Below are positions 8,731 to 18,701 of a stretch of 64,000 bases of DNA, piece by piece. The notes beneath the pieces are model-generated. The model did no database searches, was not told where the DNA came from, and was given only the letters and a program-made list of their open reading frames with translations. A program made the position numbers and the translations under genes. The stretch is from Bacteroidales bacterium (GTDB taxonomy: Bacteria; Bacteroidota; Bacteroidia; Bacteroidales; P3): assembly GCA_017477025.1 (NCBI GenBank), contig JAFUYA010000049.1, forward strand, positions 24,051 to 88,050, given 5' to 3'. Each line of letters starts with the position of its first letter. Within the stretch, counting starts at the first letter, position 1.

Positions 8731-9945
8731 ATGAAAAAAATATTTGTTTTCCGGATAATGATTATTCTTTGTCTGACTGCCATCGGCCAAAGAAATGTCC
8801 TGTTTGTAGGAAACAGCCTGACTTTTTATAATGATATGCCGACAATGTTCGAAAATCTGGCAAACACAAAAGGACAAAATGTAGTAGTTACGCAATACAC
8901 CATAGGCGGAGCAGGTTTGCATGATATGCAAAGCAATGCTGATTTATTAAATTTGTTTAATCAACCGTGGGATTTTGTTATTTTGCAACCGGGAACCAGT
9001 GAATCCGGTGGAATGGGAGTAGGTGTTGATTCTTTAACTGCTATTGTCAAAACAATGCGTAGAAGAATTTGGAATGTGAGTCCTTGTGCTAAAATTTGTT
9101 TATTTGAAATTTCCAACGGAATCTATTTTCAGGATAATACTCCTATGTGGGATTATTATTTCACAACTCAACCGCTTATAAGAAATGTAATCCATAAAGT
9201 TGCAGAGGCTGCAAAGTTGCCGTATGCACCGGTAGGAGAATGTTTTGTAGCATATTATCAGGGTAGAAATGATTTACAATTACATAATGACTTTAATGAT
9301 GTTCACCCTAACACAAATGGTTCTTATTTGACCACACTTGTCATGTATAATACATTGTTTGAAGAGAGTAATATATGTTCCTATTACGGTAATACGGAAG
9401 AAGGATTGGCTAAAATTTTACAACATATTAGTGATAGTGTTGTATTGAATCATAAGGACTTATGGTTGTTAGATGAATTCAAAACAAATGTAGATTTTTC
9501 TTATGCAATTCATAACGATGTGGTTCGTTTCGTTAATTTATCTACTAATTATGAAACAATTGAATGGAATATAAATGATGAATTCACATCTTACGACAAT
9601 GAATTTGATTATCAGTTTAGTAGTGCAGGCGAAAAATTTGCTGCCGTCAATATTGATAATCACGGATGTAAATACAATTTAACCAAAGAATTTGAAATAA
9701 CAAAAAACAATAGTATAGATGAAAAAGAATTCTGTAACGATATTATTTTTACCAATAATAGTATAGTAGTTAATACTACCGGCAGAAAAGAAATATATTT
9801 TAGAGTTTCAAATATGTTAGGTCAAATTGTTAAACAAGGAAAAACAAACAATAATGTAATTGATATTTGTGATATTGCAAGAGATACTTATATTATTACA
9901 TTTATAGTGGATAATAAACAGTATTGCTATAGATTTATAAAGTGA
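8731..9945 (+). CDS. secreted SGNH-like hydrolase-fold protein with probable T9SS C-terminal sorting domain
   Basis: Signal peptide, then VLFVGNSLTFYNDMP (block I-like GNS) and DVHPN (block V-like). The C-terminal ~70 aa (IYFRVSNMLGQIV...TYIITFIV...) resembles a Por secretion tail. Confidence 0.55.
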   Translation: MKKIFVFRIMIILCLTAIGQRNVLFVGNSLTFYNDMPTMFENLANTKGQNVVVTQYTIGGAGLHDMQSNADLLNLFNQPWDFVILQPGTSESGGMGVGVDSLTAIVKTMRRRIWNVSPCAKICLFEISNGIYFQDNTPMWDYYFTTQPLIRNVIHKVAEAAKLPYAPVGECFVAYYQGRNDLQLHNDFNDVHPNTNGSYLTTLVMYNTLFEESNICSYYGNTEEGLAKILQHISDSVVLNHKDLWLLDEFKTNVDFSYAIHNDVVRFVNLSTNYETIEWNINDEFTSYDNEFDYQFSSAGEKFAAVNIDNHGCKYNLTKEFEITKNNSIDEKEFCNDIIFTNNSIVVNTTGRKEIYFRVSNMLGQIVKQGKTNNNVIDICDIARDTYIITFIVDNKQYCYRFIK

Positions 9946-9997
9946 AAATATTTTTGTCAAATCAAAAAATTTTACTACCTCTACGCATTACTTTTAA

Positions 9998-10396
9998 TTA
10001 CTATGGGAGAAGACGAAAGAAGGTCGACCGATTTGCGTACTGCTTAACGAAAAAACACAGGAGATATTTAAACGATATAAGGATTATGGTGGGTCAAGCC
10101 TGCTGACATTTATTTCAGAACAGAAATACAATACGGCTATCAAAGAGTTTTTCAAACTTGCAGGCATTGACAGGATTGCTACCACGTTAGACCCTTTGAC
10201 ACGAGAAGATTTAAATGCCCAATGCACGAAGCAACCGGTAGCCACACGGCACGAGGGCCTTTTCATCGGTAATATTTATATAAAGCTAAAAGCCCTTGAC
10301 CTTATTTCAGCCCTACCCGTTCATAAAGTCATAAAGAAGACAGCAAAGCATCTCAGATATATAGATGAGGAAATGAAAAAAGATCCGGCTCGCTGA
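9998..10396 (+). pseudogene. 3' remnant of a tyrosine recombinase/integrase
   Basis: The open frame reads WEKTKEGRPICVLLNEKTQEIFKRYKDY...FISEQKYNTAIKEFFKLAGIDRI...TRHEGLFIGNIY...HLRYIDEEMKKD. It is collinear with the C-terminal catalytic region of Bacteroides-type integrases. About two-thirds of the gene is missing at the N-terminus, and the HxxR / GH active-site positions are altered. Confidence 0.6.
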
Positions 10397-10560
10397 CAAA
10401 GTTCTTGATACCGTTGAGAACGAAGACGAGATAAATAGCGATGTTATCACCTATACGCAGAACGAGATCAATTCTCAACTCAAAGTGTATTTACAATTAT
10501 TTGTCAAATTTCATATTTATTTGTAATTCTGCATTGGTACATTAAAACTATATATGCATT

Positions 10561-11217
10561 ATGGTTAAAGTATTATTAATTAATGCGAGTCCTCATAAGA
10601 ATGGAAACACGGCACAATTGTTACAACGGGCTATGGACGGAGCCGAAGAAATGGGAGCCGAAACTGAAATGATAAATCTTTACGACAGAAATCTTAATTA
10701 CAAAGGTTGTATGAGTTGTTTTGCCTGCAAAGTCAGAGGAGGCAAGAAAGGAATCTGTTTTTTTAAGGATGATTTGCAACCTGTATTGGCAAAAGCCATT
10801 GATGCTGACGTTCTAATTTGCGGATCACCGAATTATTGCAGTTATCCTACCGCATCATTGCGGGCTTTTGTGGAAAGATTAATATTTCCGATGGTTAATT
10901 ATTCGGATTATTCCAAGCCGATTGTTCTGAAACCTAAGCATTCTGCAACAATCTACACTATGAATTGTCCGAATATGGAAATGTACAAAGCGAATAATTT
11001 TGATATTTTAATGGATTCCAATGCAAAAACGTTAGCAATGATGTGTCCGACGGAGATTCTTTATTCTTTTGATACGTATCAGTTTAATGATTACAGCAGA
11101 TATGACGCTGACAATTTTGATGCCGAACATAAAAAGCATATACACGAAACTCAATTTCCGAAAGATTTGCAAGCAGCCTACGAATTAGGCAAACGTTTGG
11201 TAAAACAGGCAGAATAG
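10561..11217 (+). CDS. flavodoxin-fold NAD(P)H-dependent FMN reductase / iron-sulfur flavoprotein-like
   Basis: MVKVLLINASPHKNGNT is the N-terminal FMN-binding loop. A compact Cys cluster follows (CMSCFACK...GICFF). Confidence 0.7.
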   Translation: MVKVLLINASPHKNGNTAQLLQRAMDGAEEMGAETEMINLYDRNLNYKGCMSCFACKVRGGKKGICFFKDDLQPVLAKAIDADVLICGSPNYCSYPTASLRAFVERLIFPMVNYSDYSKPIVLKPKHSATIYTMNCPNMEMYKANNFDILMDSNAKTLAMMCPTEILYSFDTYQFNDYSRYDADNFDAEHKKHIHETQFPKDLQAAYELGKRLVKQAE

Positions 11218-11327
11218 TTATTGAATAAAACAAGAATACACCTGCAATTACACGAAATAAAAGAGTTTTTATGTGTGTAATTGCAGGTGTTAATGTTATT
11301 ACGGTTTAACGATAGGACAAATGTTTC

Positions 11328-11855
11328 TTATTCTATATGTCTTAAAACTTTTGCGGGTGTTCCGCCGACAATGGTGTTTGCTTCAACGTCCTTTGTAACC
11401 ACGCTGCCTGCTGCAATTATTGCGTTTTCTCCGATGGTAACGCCTGACAGAACGGTAACATTTGCACCCAACCATGCATTACGTTTTATATGTATGGGCT
11501 TTGTCAGTAAGGAGTGGCGGTTTTTCGGATCTTCAGGATGATATTCCGTTGCCAATACGCAATGCGGAGCAATGAAGACGTCATCTTCAATGGTAATTCC
11601 TCCTAATGCCAGAAAGGTACAGCCGAAATTTACAAAAGAACCCTTTCCTAATGATAAGCCTTTGCCGTAATTGATATTGAACGGAGGAAAAACTCTGACA
11701 GTATCGTCTATTTCTTTTTGCGTTATCTTTCTTAAATAATCTCTTACTTCGTTTTCCGTTTTGTAACCGTTATTTAATTCTGCAACCAACTTCATTGTGC
11801 GATGAACGTCCGCATAAGTTTCATCGCTGCCTACATATTTTTCTCCTTCTGTCAT
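11328..11855 (-). CDS. sugar O-acetyltransferase (maltose/galactoside acetyltransferase-like, left-handed beta-helix)
   Basis: Hexapeptide repeats and the IKRNAWLGANVTVLSGVTIGENAIIAAGSVVTKDV...GGTPAKV block. The N-terminal Mac-like helix region is present. Confidence 0.85.
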   Translation of the reverse strand: MTEGEKYVGSDETYADVHRTMKLVAELNNGYKTENEVRDYLRKITQKEIDDTVRVFPPFNINYGKGLSLGKGSFVNFGCTFLALGGITIEDDVFIAPHCVLATEYHPEDPKNRHSLLTKPIHIKRNAWLGANVTVLSGVTIGENAIIAAGSVVTKDVEANTIVGGTPAKVLRHIE

Positions 11856-11882
11856 TGTTTTGTATTTGTTTTTGTGTGATAA

Positions 11883-12521
11883 TTATTCGTTTGTTTTCTT
11901 TTTAATCGGAATTCTAAGTACCGTTTTTAATTTTTCAGCTGAACACTTACGCGGATCAGATAAATAAATCTCGTGATGTCGCCTGTATTCCGATAAATCC
12001 GTTTCATAATTATTTTCTTCAATGAATTTATTCATCAAATCTATTGTTTCAGGCTCTTTATCATAACTGCCGATGTGCATACATTGCACGCAAATGCCTT
12101 CATTCAAAGTAAAAAACTCCGCTTTAGAGAAATCTTTTTTCTTTTTTTGCGTTGCAGTCTTAACCGCCCAATCAAAATCATCCTTTTTTATGAAGTAAGG
12201 CAGTCGTATCATGGAAATAAAATTAAACTTTTCTTTGTGATTGTAATCCAATTCCGTTTCATCTTGCCACCATAAACCTTCTAACGGCGGAACAACAAAG
12301 TCAAAATAACCGTCAATACGCTTATCCGTCTTTTTTGACATCTTAATCGTATAAGCAATACCGTATAAAAGTTCAATAGACTGCTTATATTGCGAATTTT
12401 CATCGTTAGGATTGCCTTTTCCTTTTACGGCAACATAGTTTATTGTCGGAATTTCAATAATTGTCGGTTTATTCTTCGGTAAATAAAACTCTTTGTATTC
12501 TTTTTTATAATCAAAAGCCAT
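11883..12521 (-). CDS. GyrI-like small-molecule-binding domain protein
   Basis: 212 aa. MAFDYKKEYKEFYLPKNKP...VAVKGKGNPN...GLWW...HEIYLSDPRK is the pattern I associate with GyrI-like/SOUL effector-binding proteins. Confidence 0.55.
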   Translation of the reverse strand: MAFDYKKEYKEFYLPKNKPTIIEIPTINYVAVKGKGNPNDENSQYKQSIELLYGIAYTIKMSKKTDKRIDGYFDFVVPPLEGLWWQDETELDYNHKEKFNFISMIRLPYFIKKDDFDWAVKTATQKKKKDFSKAEFFTLNEGICVQCMHIGSYDKEPETIDLMNKFIEENNYETDLSEYRRHHEIYLSDPRKCSAEKLKTVLRIPIKKKTNE

Positions 12522-12743
12522 AAAATATATGTTTTATACAATGTATTCAATACATAATTCCGTATGCAAAAGACTGCAAAGGTATAAAAATCTTGTTTAA
12601 TTGATATTGATTGTTTGCAAAAATTTGATTGGAAATATGGAAAGTATTTTACAAGGTCCTGTAATTGAAAAATTATTGCTTGTTATTAGGGAAAAATATC
12701 TATCTTTGTGAAATAAATTTGTAAAACAAAAGGGAACAATTCA

Positions 12744-13373
12744 ATGAAAGTATTAATAGTTAACGGCTCTCCGAATAAGGAAGGATGCACATATACGGCG
12801 TTAAAAGAATTTGAAAGCGTTTTGATTAAACATAATATTTCAACGCATTGGGTATATTTGGGCAAAAAACCGGTTGCGGGTTGTATAGCCTGCGGATATT
12901 GTACGGAAAACGGACATTGTTTTCAAACGGATGTAGTAGCGGAATTACAAAAAAGAGTAGATGAATTTGATGCTATGGTTGTCGGCTCACCCGTTTATTA
13001 TTCCGGCCCGACAGGGCAGGTAATTGCTTTTTTAGATCGTTTGTTTTACGGAGGATTTCAGCAAAATATGGCGGGAAAACCCGGTTGTGCAGTTGTGAGT
13101 TGCAGGAGAGGTGGAGCAAGTGCTACTTATGAACAGTTAAATCAATATTTTTCTATTTCCAATATGCCTATCGTGTCTTCGCAATATTGGAATAGTGTTC
13201 ACGGATTCACTGCTGACGATGTTAAAAAAGATTTGGAAGGATTGCAAACAATGAGAACATTGGCACAAAATATGGTTTATTTGTTGCAATTAATAGAGTC
13301 GGGTAAGAAACACGGCATAAATAAACCTCAATATGAGGATTGGATAGGGACACACTTCATAATGGATAAATAA
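12744..13373 (+). CDS. flavodoxin-fold iron-sulfur flavoprotein-like reductase
   Basis: MKVLIVNGSPNKEGCT loop plus GCIACGYCTENGHCF (CxxCxxCx5C). Paralogous in architecture to 10561-11217. Confidence 0.7.
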   Translation: MKVLIVNGSPNKEGCTYTALKEFESVLIKHNISTHWVYLGKKPVAGCIACGYCTENGHCFQTDVVAELQKRVDEFDAMVVGSPVYYSGPTGQVIAFLDRLFYGGFQQNMAGKPGCAVVSCRRGGASATYEQLNQYFSISNMPIVSSQYWNSVHGFTADDVKKDLEGLQTMRTLAQNMVYLLQLIESGKKHGINKPQYEDWIGTHFIMDK

Positions 13374-13392
13374 TTAAATGGAATTTAAAAAT

Positions 13393-13435
13393 AAACAGAC
13401 TGAATAATATATACCATTCAGTCTGTTTATTTTTA
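13393..13435 (+). terminator. intrinsic terminator
   Basis: aaacagactgaat (13393-13405) pairs with attcagtctgttt (13416-13428), followed by atttttac. Confidence 0.75.
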
Positions 13436-13839
13436 CTTTTTGTTTCCGTTGTTTGTTACGAAAAACGGTTATGGTGTAAAATATCAAGTTAAAAGATATT
13501 GTTTTCGGTAGAAAATGTGCAGAAATTATTTGCAGGAGGGAATTTATTTGTACTTTTGCAACTGCGATTATGTAATAAACAGACAATAAACTATAATTTC
13601 ACTTGAGGATAAAATAAAGGAACAAACTTAAATGTTCGGAATAGTGTATCTTTATAAGGATAAGTAAAAGAGAAATCAGGTTTAGGTGTCGTTTTATTCT
13701 GCACGATGCAGATGTAATATTATTCGTAAAAAGAAGATATTTTTTTCAAGTTGCACCTGTCTTGTATAAAAAGAGATTTGCACTTGTCTTTTATTTATAA
13801 AAAAATAAATTAATAGTTTTTGCACAAATTATATCTCAA

Positions 13840-14925
13840 ATGGATAGAACGATGAAATATACTATTGTTGATTATGATCAATTACAGTCCGAAACAATTG
13901 ATTGGTTGAGGTTTCCGCTCGTTATATTGGTCTTATTCATACATACCGTGCAACCGCCTGAAATGTTTGCTTCGGATTCTGCAGTGTTTAATATTTATTA
14001 CGCCGTTTCCAAGATATTTGCTGCCATTGCCGTACCTTGTTTTTTCGTTATATCGGGTTATTATTTCTTTTATACAAAAACAAATCCCGTAAGTTTTACC
14101 AAACAAGAGTATATAAAGAAATTAAAAAAGCGTATTCACTCTGTATTAGTACCTTATATTGTATGGAATTTTTTTGGATTTGCGTTGTTGGTAGTTTCTC
14201 AATATTTGTTTCCCTACGATTTATTCTCAGGTAAATATAAAGACATAGCGGATTACAATCTGACGGACTATATAGATGTTTTTACAGGTCTGACTACACA
14301 CTATCCCATAGTAAATCAATTGTGGTATTTGCGTGATTTGATGTTACTTGTACTTATTTCTCCCGTTATATATTTCTTAATGACAAGATACAAACATTTT
14401 TTCGTTGCCGTTTTATTTCTTGTGTATATGTTGCCTTTGAATGTAAATATAACGAAATCATTATTTTTCTTTTCCGCAGGAGGTTATTTTGCTTTAAACG
14501 GAATTAATATCATAAAAGAGATTAGAAAATTGTCCGTATATCCGATAATAGTATATTGTGCGATTTTTATTTTTCTTTTGGGATATAAAGATTTACTTGT
14601 CAGTCAATATATAAGTAAATTAGGAATAATTTTCGGCATAATAAGTATTCTTTATATTGCATCTTCTTATGTTGAGAAATTTTCAGTAAAGGCAAACAGA
14701 AAGTTGGTAAGCATTTCTTTTTTTATCTATCTTTGGCACGGACTTTTTACACATACTTTCCATTCCCTTATTTTAAAGTTGTATCCTGAAAGCGGATTAT
14801 ATTACTTATTTACATACTTCTTCTCGGTATTTATAACGGTGGTAATCTCTTTTGCAGGATATTACATACTGACGAATAAGTATTTTCCGAAAAAACTTAA
14901 AGACTTGTTAATCGGCGGACGATGA
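13840..14925 (+). CDS. acyltransferase family 3 membrane protein
   Basis: 361 aa and polytopic. The N-terminal IDWLRFPLVILVLFIHT motif and roughly 10 hydrophobic segments are typical of O-acyltransferase family 3. Confidence 0.7.
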   Translation: MDRTMKYTIVDYDQLQSETIDWLRFPLVILVLFIHTVQPPEMFASDSAVFNIYYAVSKIFAAIAVPCFFVISGYYFFYTKTNPVSFTKQEYIKKLKKRIHSVLVPYIVWNFFGFALLVVSQYLFPYDLFSGKYKDIADYNLTDYIDVFTGLTTHYPIVNQLWYLRDLMLLVLISPVIYFLMTRYKHFFVAVLFLVYMLPLNVNITKSLFFFSAGGYFALNGINIIKEIRKLSVYPIIVYCAIFIFLLGYKDLLVSQYISKLGIIFGIISILYIASSYVEKFSVKANRKLVSISFFIYLWHGLFTHTFHSLILKLYPESGLYYLFTYFFSVFITVVISFAGYYILTNKYFPKKLKDLLIGGR

Positions 14926-15008
14926 TACAAGTATCCGCCTGCAAGAACAGGGGAGAGGGCATGGATGTTACAGTTTTTATTTGCCGACAATCGGTCTGTT
15001 GTCAAGGA

Positions 15009-17285
15009 TTAAAACTCGTATCCTATATTTATGAACATATAAAGCTCTTTTGTACGGGAAGAATATCCCAAAGATGCTCCGACCGGACCTATAATCGAGT
15101 TGTATGCATACGACAGATTAAGACCCCAAATCGGAGATACGGAAAAAATATCTTTAATATTTGAGGCATTTTGTCCTAATGCGGTCGTAAAACTCAAATA
15201 GTTGTTATCCAATATTCGATAACGGGCTTTTAGTTCCAATGCTGCAAAGTTGTTATTTATAACTTCAATATTTCCGATTCCTGCAAACGGCAATTGCTGC
15301 TCCGTATAATGTGAGAAAAAATGTCCTCCTATTGTGTTATACAAAATTGTCGGGATATTTTCGCCGTAAATTCCTCTGCCGTAGATACGAGGCTCAAAAC
15401 ACAAGCGGTTTTGTACAGGAAAAATCCTTGAAAAGCGGAAAGAAACCTCATGTATCGGAGAAGCATCTTCATATTTGTAAAAATTGTCGGTGTATAAGGA
15501 GTATGCGACTTCATAAGACATCCCTTTCGGAGCAAAATATTTGTTGATTCTGTCGTCATAATGAATTTTTGCATGATAAGAATACAGATGCGAAGTCGAA
15601 ACAAACGGTTTTCTGCTTCGGTTTCCGACAAGAATCTGTTTGTAGTTAAAGTAGTCCCAACGAACAAAAGCGTCAAACAGAAAATTCTTAAAACCGTAAT
15701 TCATGATTCCTACATCCATTTGGTGTTGATTGTAGTCGGGATTGAAATCTCTGTCGCCTTTCCAATATACGTTAATGTCATTGTGTCGATAAGTATATGC
15801 AGTAGTGAAAGATGCCATTTTTGACGGGTTAAAAGTTGCCTCTATACGGCCCGCACTTCTTTTCCCGAGTCTTATTGTTCCTTGTAATACGGAAGGTACG
15901 ACAATTTTCATCGGCACCGTAGCATTGAATTGCAAAGATACTTTTTCTTCATTATCAAATCTTACTCCCATGAAAACCTCTGCCGTCTTTTTGCCCTCAC
16001 TTTCGATATGGATTGCATATCCGTCTTTACGGTATTCAATTTTGTATGAAGCATCCTTATAGAACAGATTACTGCGAAGAGCAGTCATAACCTTTTCCAA
16101 ATCATACAATGAAGTACTTTCACCTCTCTCCAAATGAAATTTCTTTTTCAAATATTCTTTATCTCCGTCCTGTATATCGGAGAAAGTTACTTCACTGATT
16201 TTCATTCTCACCCTTTGGTTTGCCATATGATAAGGACGAGGTCTGGGAGCGATGTAATCATCGGGAAGGAGTAAGTCTTGTTTGAGTTGCAATAATTCAT
16301 TAAGTTTATTTTTTGCTGCATTTTCTCCCCGTTGGATAAGCGTGTCAATGGAAGTAACGTCAAAACTTGCTGCACTGAAACCCGTTACATCCACTTTGAT
16401 ATAAATGTCCGTCAAAGCAATGTTTTCTTCCAATTTGTTCAAGTTTCCCATATCGGTCAGTTGATTGACTACTGCAATGGCGGAATTAAACTTATCTGCA
16501 TCTTTTTTTATCTCATTTTGTACGGAAACTCCGATAATGATGTCCGCTCCCATGGCTTTTGCCACATCAACGGGAAAATTATTTCTCAAACCTCCGTCAA
16601 CTAAGACCATACTGTCCATATAGACAGGAGAGAAAACAGCCGGTATGCTCATCGAGGCACGCATGGCAGTGGCGAGGTTGCCGCTGTGAAAGACAATTTC
16701 GTTGAAATTGGTTATATCCGTTGCAACGCAGGCATAAGGAACAGGGAGTGTATTGAAATCTATACTGTCATGATAACCGAGAGTCAGTCTTGCAAACAGG
16801 TTGCTTAAGTTTTTCCCCTTAATAAACCCTGAAGGGGCTAAAGAAAATTTGTGTGCATCATTGACTGCCAGAGAAAGCATATAAGTATTATTCTTATTGC
16901 GTTGCAAAAGACTTTGATCCGTAGGGTCAATTTTGTCTGACAATAAAAAAGGCCAATCCTGTATTCTGACAAGAGAGTCCAACATGGTGGCATCATAACC
17001 GATGGAGTACAATCCTCCCATTAAAGCCCCCATGGAAGTGCCGACAATCATGTCAATGGGAATATTTGCCTGTTCCAATACTTTCAACACTCCGATATGT
17101 GCAGTACCTTTTGCTCCTCCGCCGGACAATACCACAGCAACTTTCTTTTTTTGAGCAGTTTTTTTTGTTTCCGTACGTTGTACTTTTCTGTTTTTCGGGT
17201 TTTTCCCTTTATTTTGTGCAAATACACCGAACGTGAGTACGACAGCAACAAACAGGCATAATATTTTTTTTAACCTCGGTTTCAT
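15009..17285 (-). CDS. patatin-like phospholipase fused to an Omp85/BamA-type beta-barrel (PlpD-like, type Vd architecture)
   Basis: Signal peptide MKPRLKKILCLFVAVVLTFGVFAQ. Patatin motifs are present: LSGGGAKG (oxyanion), GTSMG (Ser) and VDGGLRNN (Asp). The C-terminal ~350 aa are beta-rich and end in NIGYEF. I start at Met51 of the tracked ORF. Confidence 0.8.
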   Translation of the reverse strand: MKPRLKKILCLFVAVVLTFGVFAQNKGKNPKNRKVQRTETKKTAQKKKVAVVLSGGGAKGTAHIGVLKVLEQANIPIDMIVGTSMGALMGGLYSIGYDATMLDSLVRIQDWPFLLSDKIDPTDQSLLQRNKNNTYMLSLAVNDAHKFSLAPSGFIKGKNLSNLFARLTLGYHDSIDFNTLPVPYACVATDITNFNEIVFHSGNLATAMRASMSIPAVFSPVYMDSMVLVDGGLRNNFPVDVAKAMGADIIIGVSVQNEIKKDADKFNSAIAVVNQLTDMGNLNKLEENIALTDIYIKVDVTGFSAASFDVTSIDTLIQRGENAAKNKLNELLQLKQDLLLPDDYIAPRPRPYHMANQRVRMKISEVTFSDIQDGDKEYLKKKFHLERGESTSLYDLEKVMTALRSNLFYKDASYKIEYRKDGYAIHIESEGKKTAEVFMGVRFDNEEKVSLQFNATVPMKIVVPSVLQGTIRLGKRSAGRIEATFNPSKMASFTTAYTYRHNDINVYWKGDRDFNPDYNQHQMDVGIMNYGFKNFLFDAFVRWDYFNYKQILVGNRSRKPFVSTSHLYSYHAKIHYDDRINKYFAPKGMSYEVAYSLYTDNFYKYEDASPIHEVSFRFSRIFPVQNRLCFEPRIYGRGIYGENIPTILYNTIGGHFFSHYTEQQLPFAGIGNIEVINNNFAALELKARYRILDNNYLSFTTALGQNASNIKDIFSVSPIWGLNLSYAYNSIIGPVGASLGYSSRTKELYMFINIGYEF

Positions 17286-17450
17286 TTCTCTTTCGGATTG
17301 TAATACATATATAGTATATAACTGAAAAAACCATGTTTTATTATATTCGATTTTCTTGAAAAAACAGGCAGAAAAGCATAAAATACAAAAGAAAGTATCG
17401 TTTTCTGCGGTACTTTCTTTCGTATTTGTATGCAAATATATGTTTTATCG

Positions 17451-18395
17451 TTACATATTCATATAACGCTTGCGTTTATCCTCATAAATATCGCCTATGG
17501 TTACCAAAATACCCGTTTCTTCCACATCGGAAAAGTGTTTGTTTATACTTGTTCCGAAGGATTTCATTGTTGAAGATAAGTTCATATAGGCATTAACCAA
17601 CGGAGGTATGTTTTCGTTATGTTCCCTTACCTTTTTGACCAGTATTTGATAATCTTCCTTATAGTTCTTTCCGCAAAATATACTGTTCAGTTCGTTGTAA
17701 TCGCCTTGTATTCTTACCTCTTCTTTAGGAAATACCAAACCTTCATTGTCAGGGAAATGTTTTTTGTAGAAAAACAAAATATAATCCTTTGCCGTTGTGT
17801 CCATTTGCGGATACATTGTAATCTTACCGAAGAAATATTTAACTTCTTTTTCCAATTTTTGAGCCAAACCGCCCAAACCGTCCCAAAGGTTATCCAAGGA
17901 GTACATACCTTTGCGGAGATTTACCGTAGGTTGATACTCGGGACGAACGAAACTTCTTCCCAATTCCATTGTTTCAGGCCAATATCTTTGTTTGAACTCG
18001 TCCGTAAAGAAGAATAAATCGGCAGTAGCGGAAAGTAGTTCCCCGTTTGCCTGCATAAAAACGTCCTTGCCTACAATAAAACGATAACCTCCTACAATTT
18101 CTTCATCGACAGGGTCCCAAACAAAGAGTTGTTTGTAGCAATGAGGAGCGGGAGCAATGTCATATTGGTCAATATCGCACTCGGTACCGCTGCCACCTCC
18201 CTGAGCTCCGAAGGATATTTCCCTGAGCCGTCCTATTTCTCTCATAATGTTGGGAGAAGAGTGTGCATCGGTAACATAAATCTCTCTGTTTCCGTAGTTG
18301 GTTTTTCTGAAAAAAATGTCTTTCGTTAATTCTTCCTTGATTAAGTTCTTATCAACAGGAGGAATAACATAAGAAGTATCCATTGTCTTAATCAT
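17451..18395 (-). CDS. GNAT-fold N-acyltransferase (COG3176 'hemolysin'/OlsB-GlsB-like N-acyl amino acid synthase)
   Basis: 314 aa. REIGRLREISFG...YDIAPAPHCYKQLFVWD...GGYRF...ELGRSFV fits my memory of the OlsB/GlsB-type family. Substrate not determinable. Confidence 0.6.
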   Translation of the reverse strand: MIKTMDTSYVIPPVDKNLIKEELTKDIFFRKTNYGNREIYVTDAHSSPNIMREIGRLREISFGAQGGGSGTECDIDQYDIAPAPHCYKQLFVWDPVDEEIVGGYRFIVGKDVFMQANGELLSATADLFFFTDEFKQRYWPETMELGRSFVRPEYQPTVNLRKGMYSLDNLWDGLGGLAQKLEKEVKYFFGKITMYPQMDTTAKDYILFFYKKHFPDNEGLVFPKEEVRIQGDYNELNSIFCGKNYKEDYQILVKKVREHNENIPPLVNAYMNLSSTMKSFGTSINKHFSDVEETGILVTIGDIYEDKRKRYMNM

Positions 18396-18701
18396 ATTGC
18401 ATAGTCATTTTAAATGAAACGAAAGTCTTCCTCTTAAGAATGCAAAATTAACGTTAATTCTTGAGTTTGCAAAACATTTTTACACTAAAACAACGGCAAC
18501 CCTTACAGGATAAAAAATATTTACATGATTTCCATTGTCCGAATTTTTGTGAAAAAAATGTTTCTAAAAGCAATCATTTTGTCTGTTTTCTTGATAAGTT
18601 TCCTTTGAAAATTTACTTGTTTTTACATATTCGGGACAAAAATATACACGCTTCTGACACGGTGTAAATCAATATGTTAAAAAACACTATGATTTTTGAA
18701 A

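Noticed and set aside
17286-17435. 50-codon N-terminal extension of the patatin/Omp85 ORF
   Set aside because: An internal Met is followed by a textbook signal peptide (MKPRLKKILCLFVAVVLTFGVFAQ). The extension (…FFCILCFSACFF…) is not signal-like.
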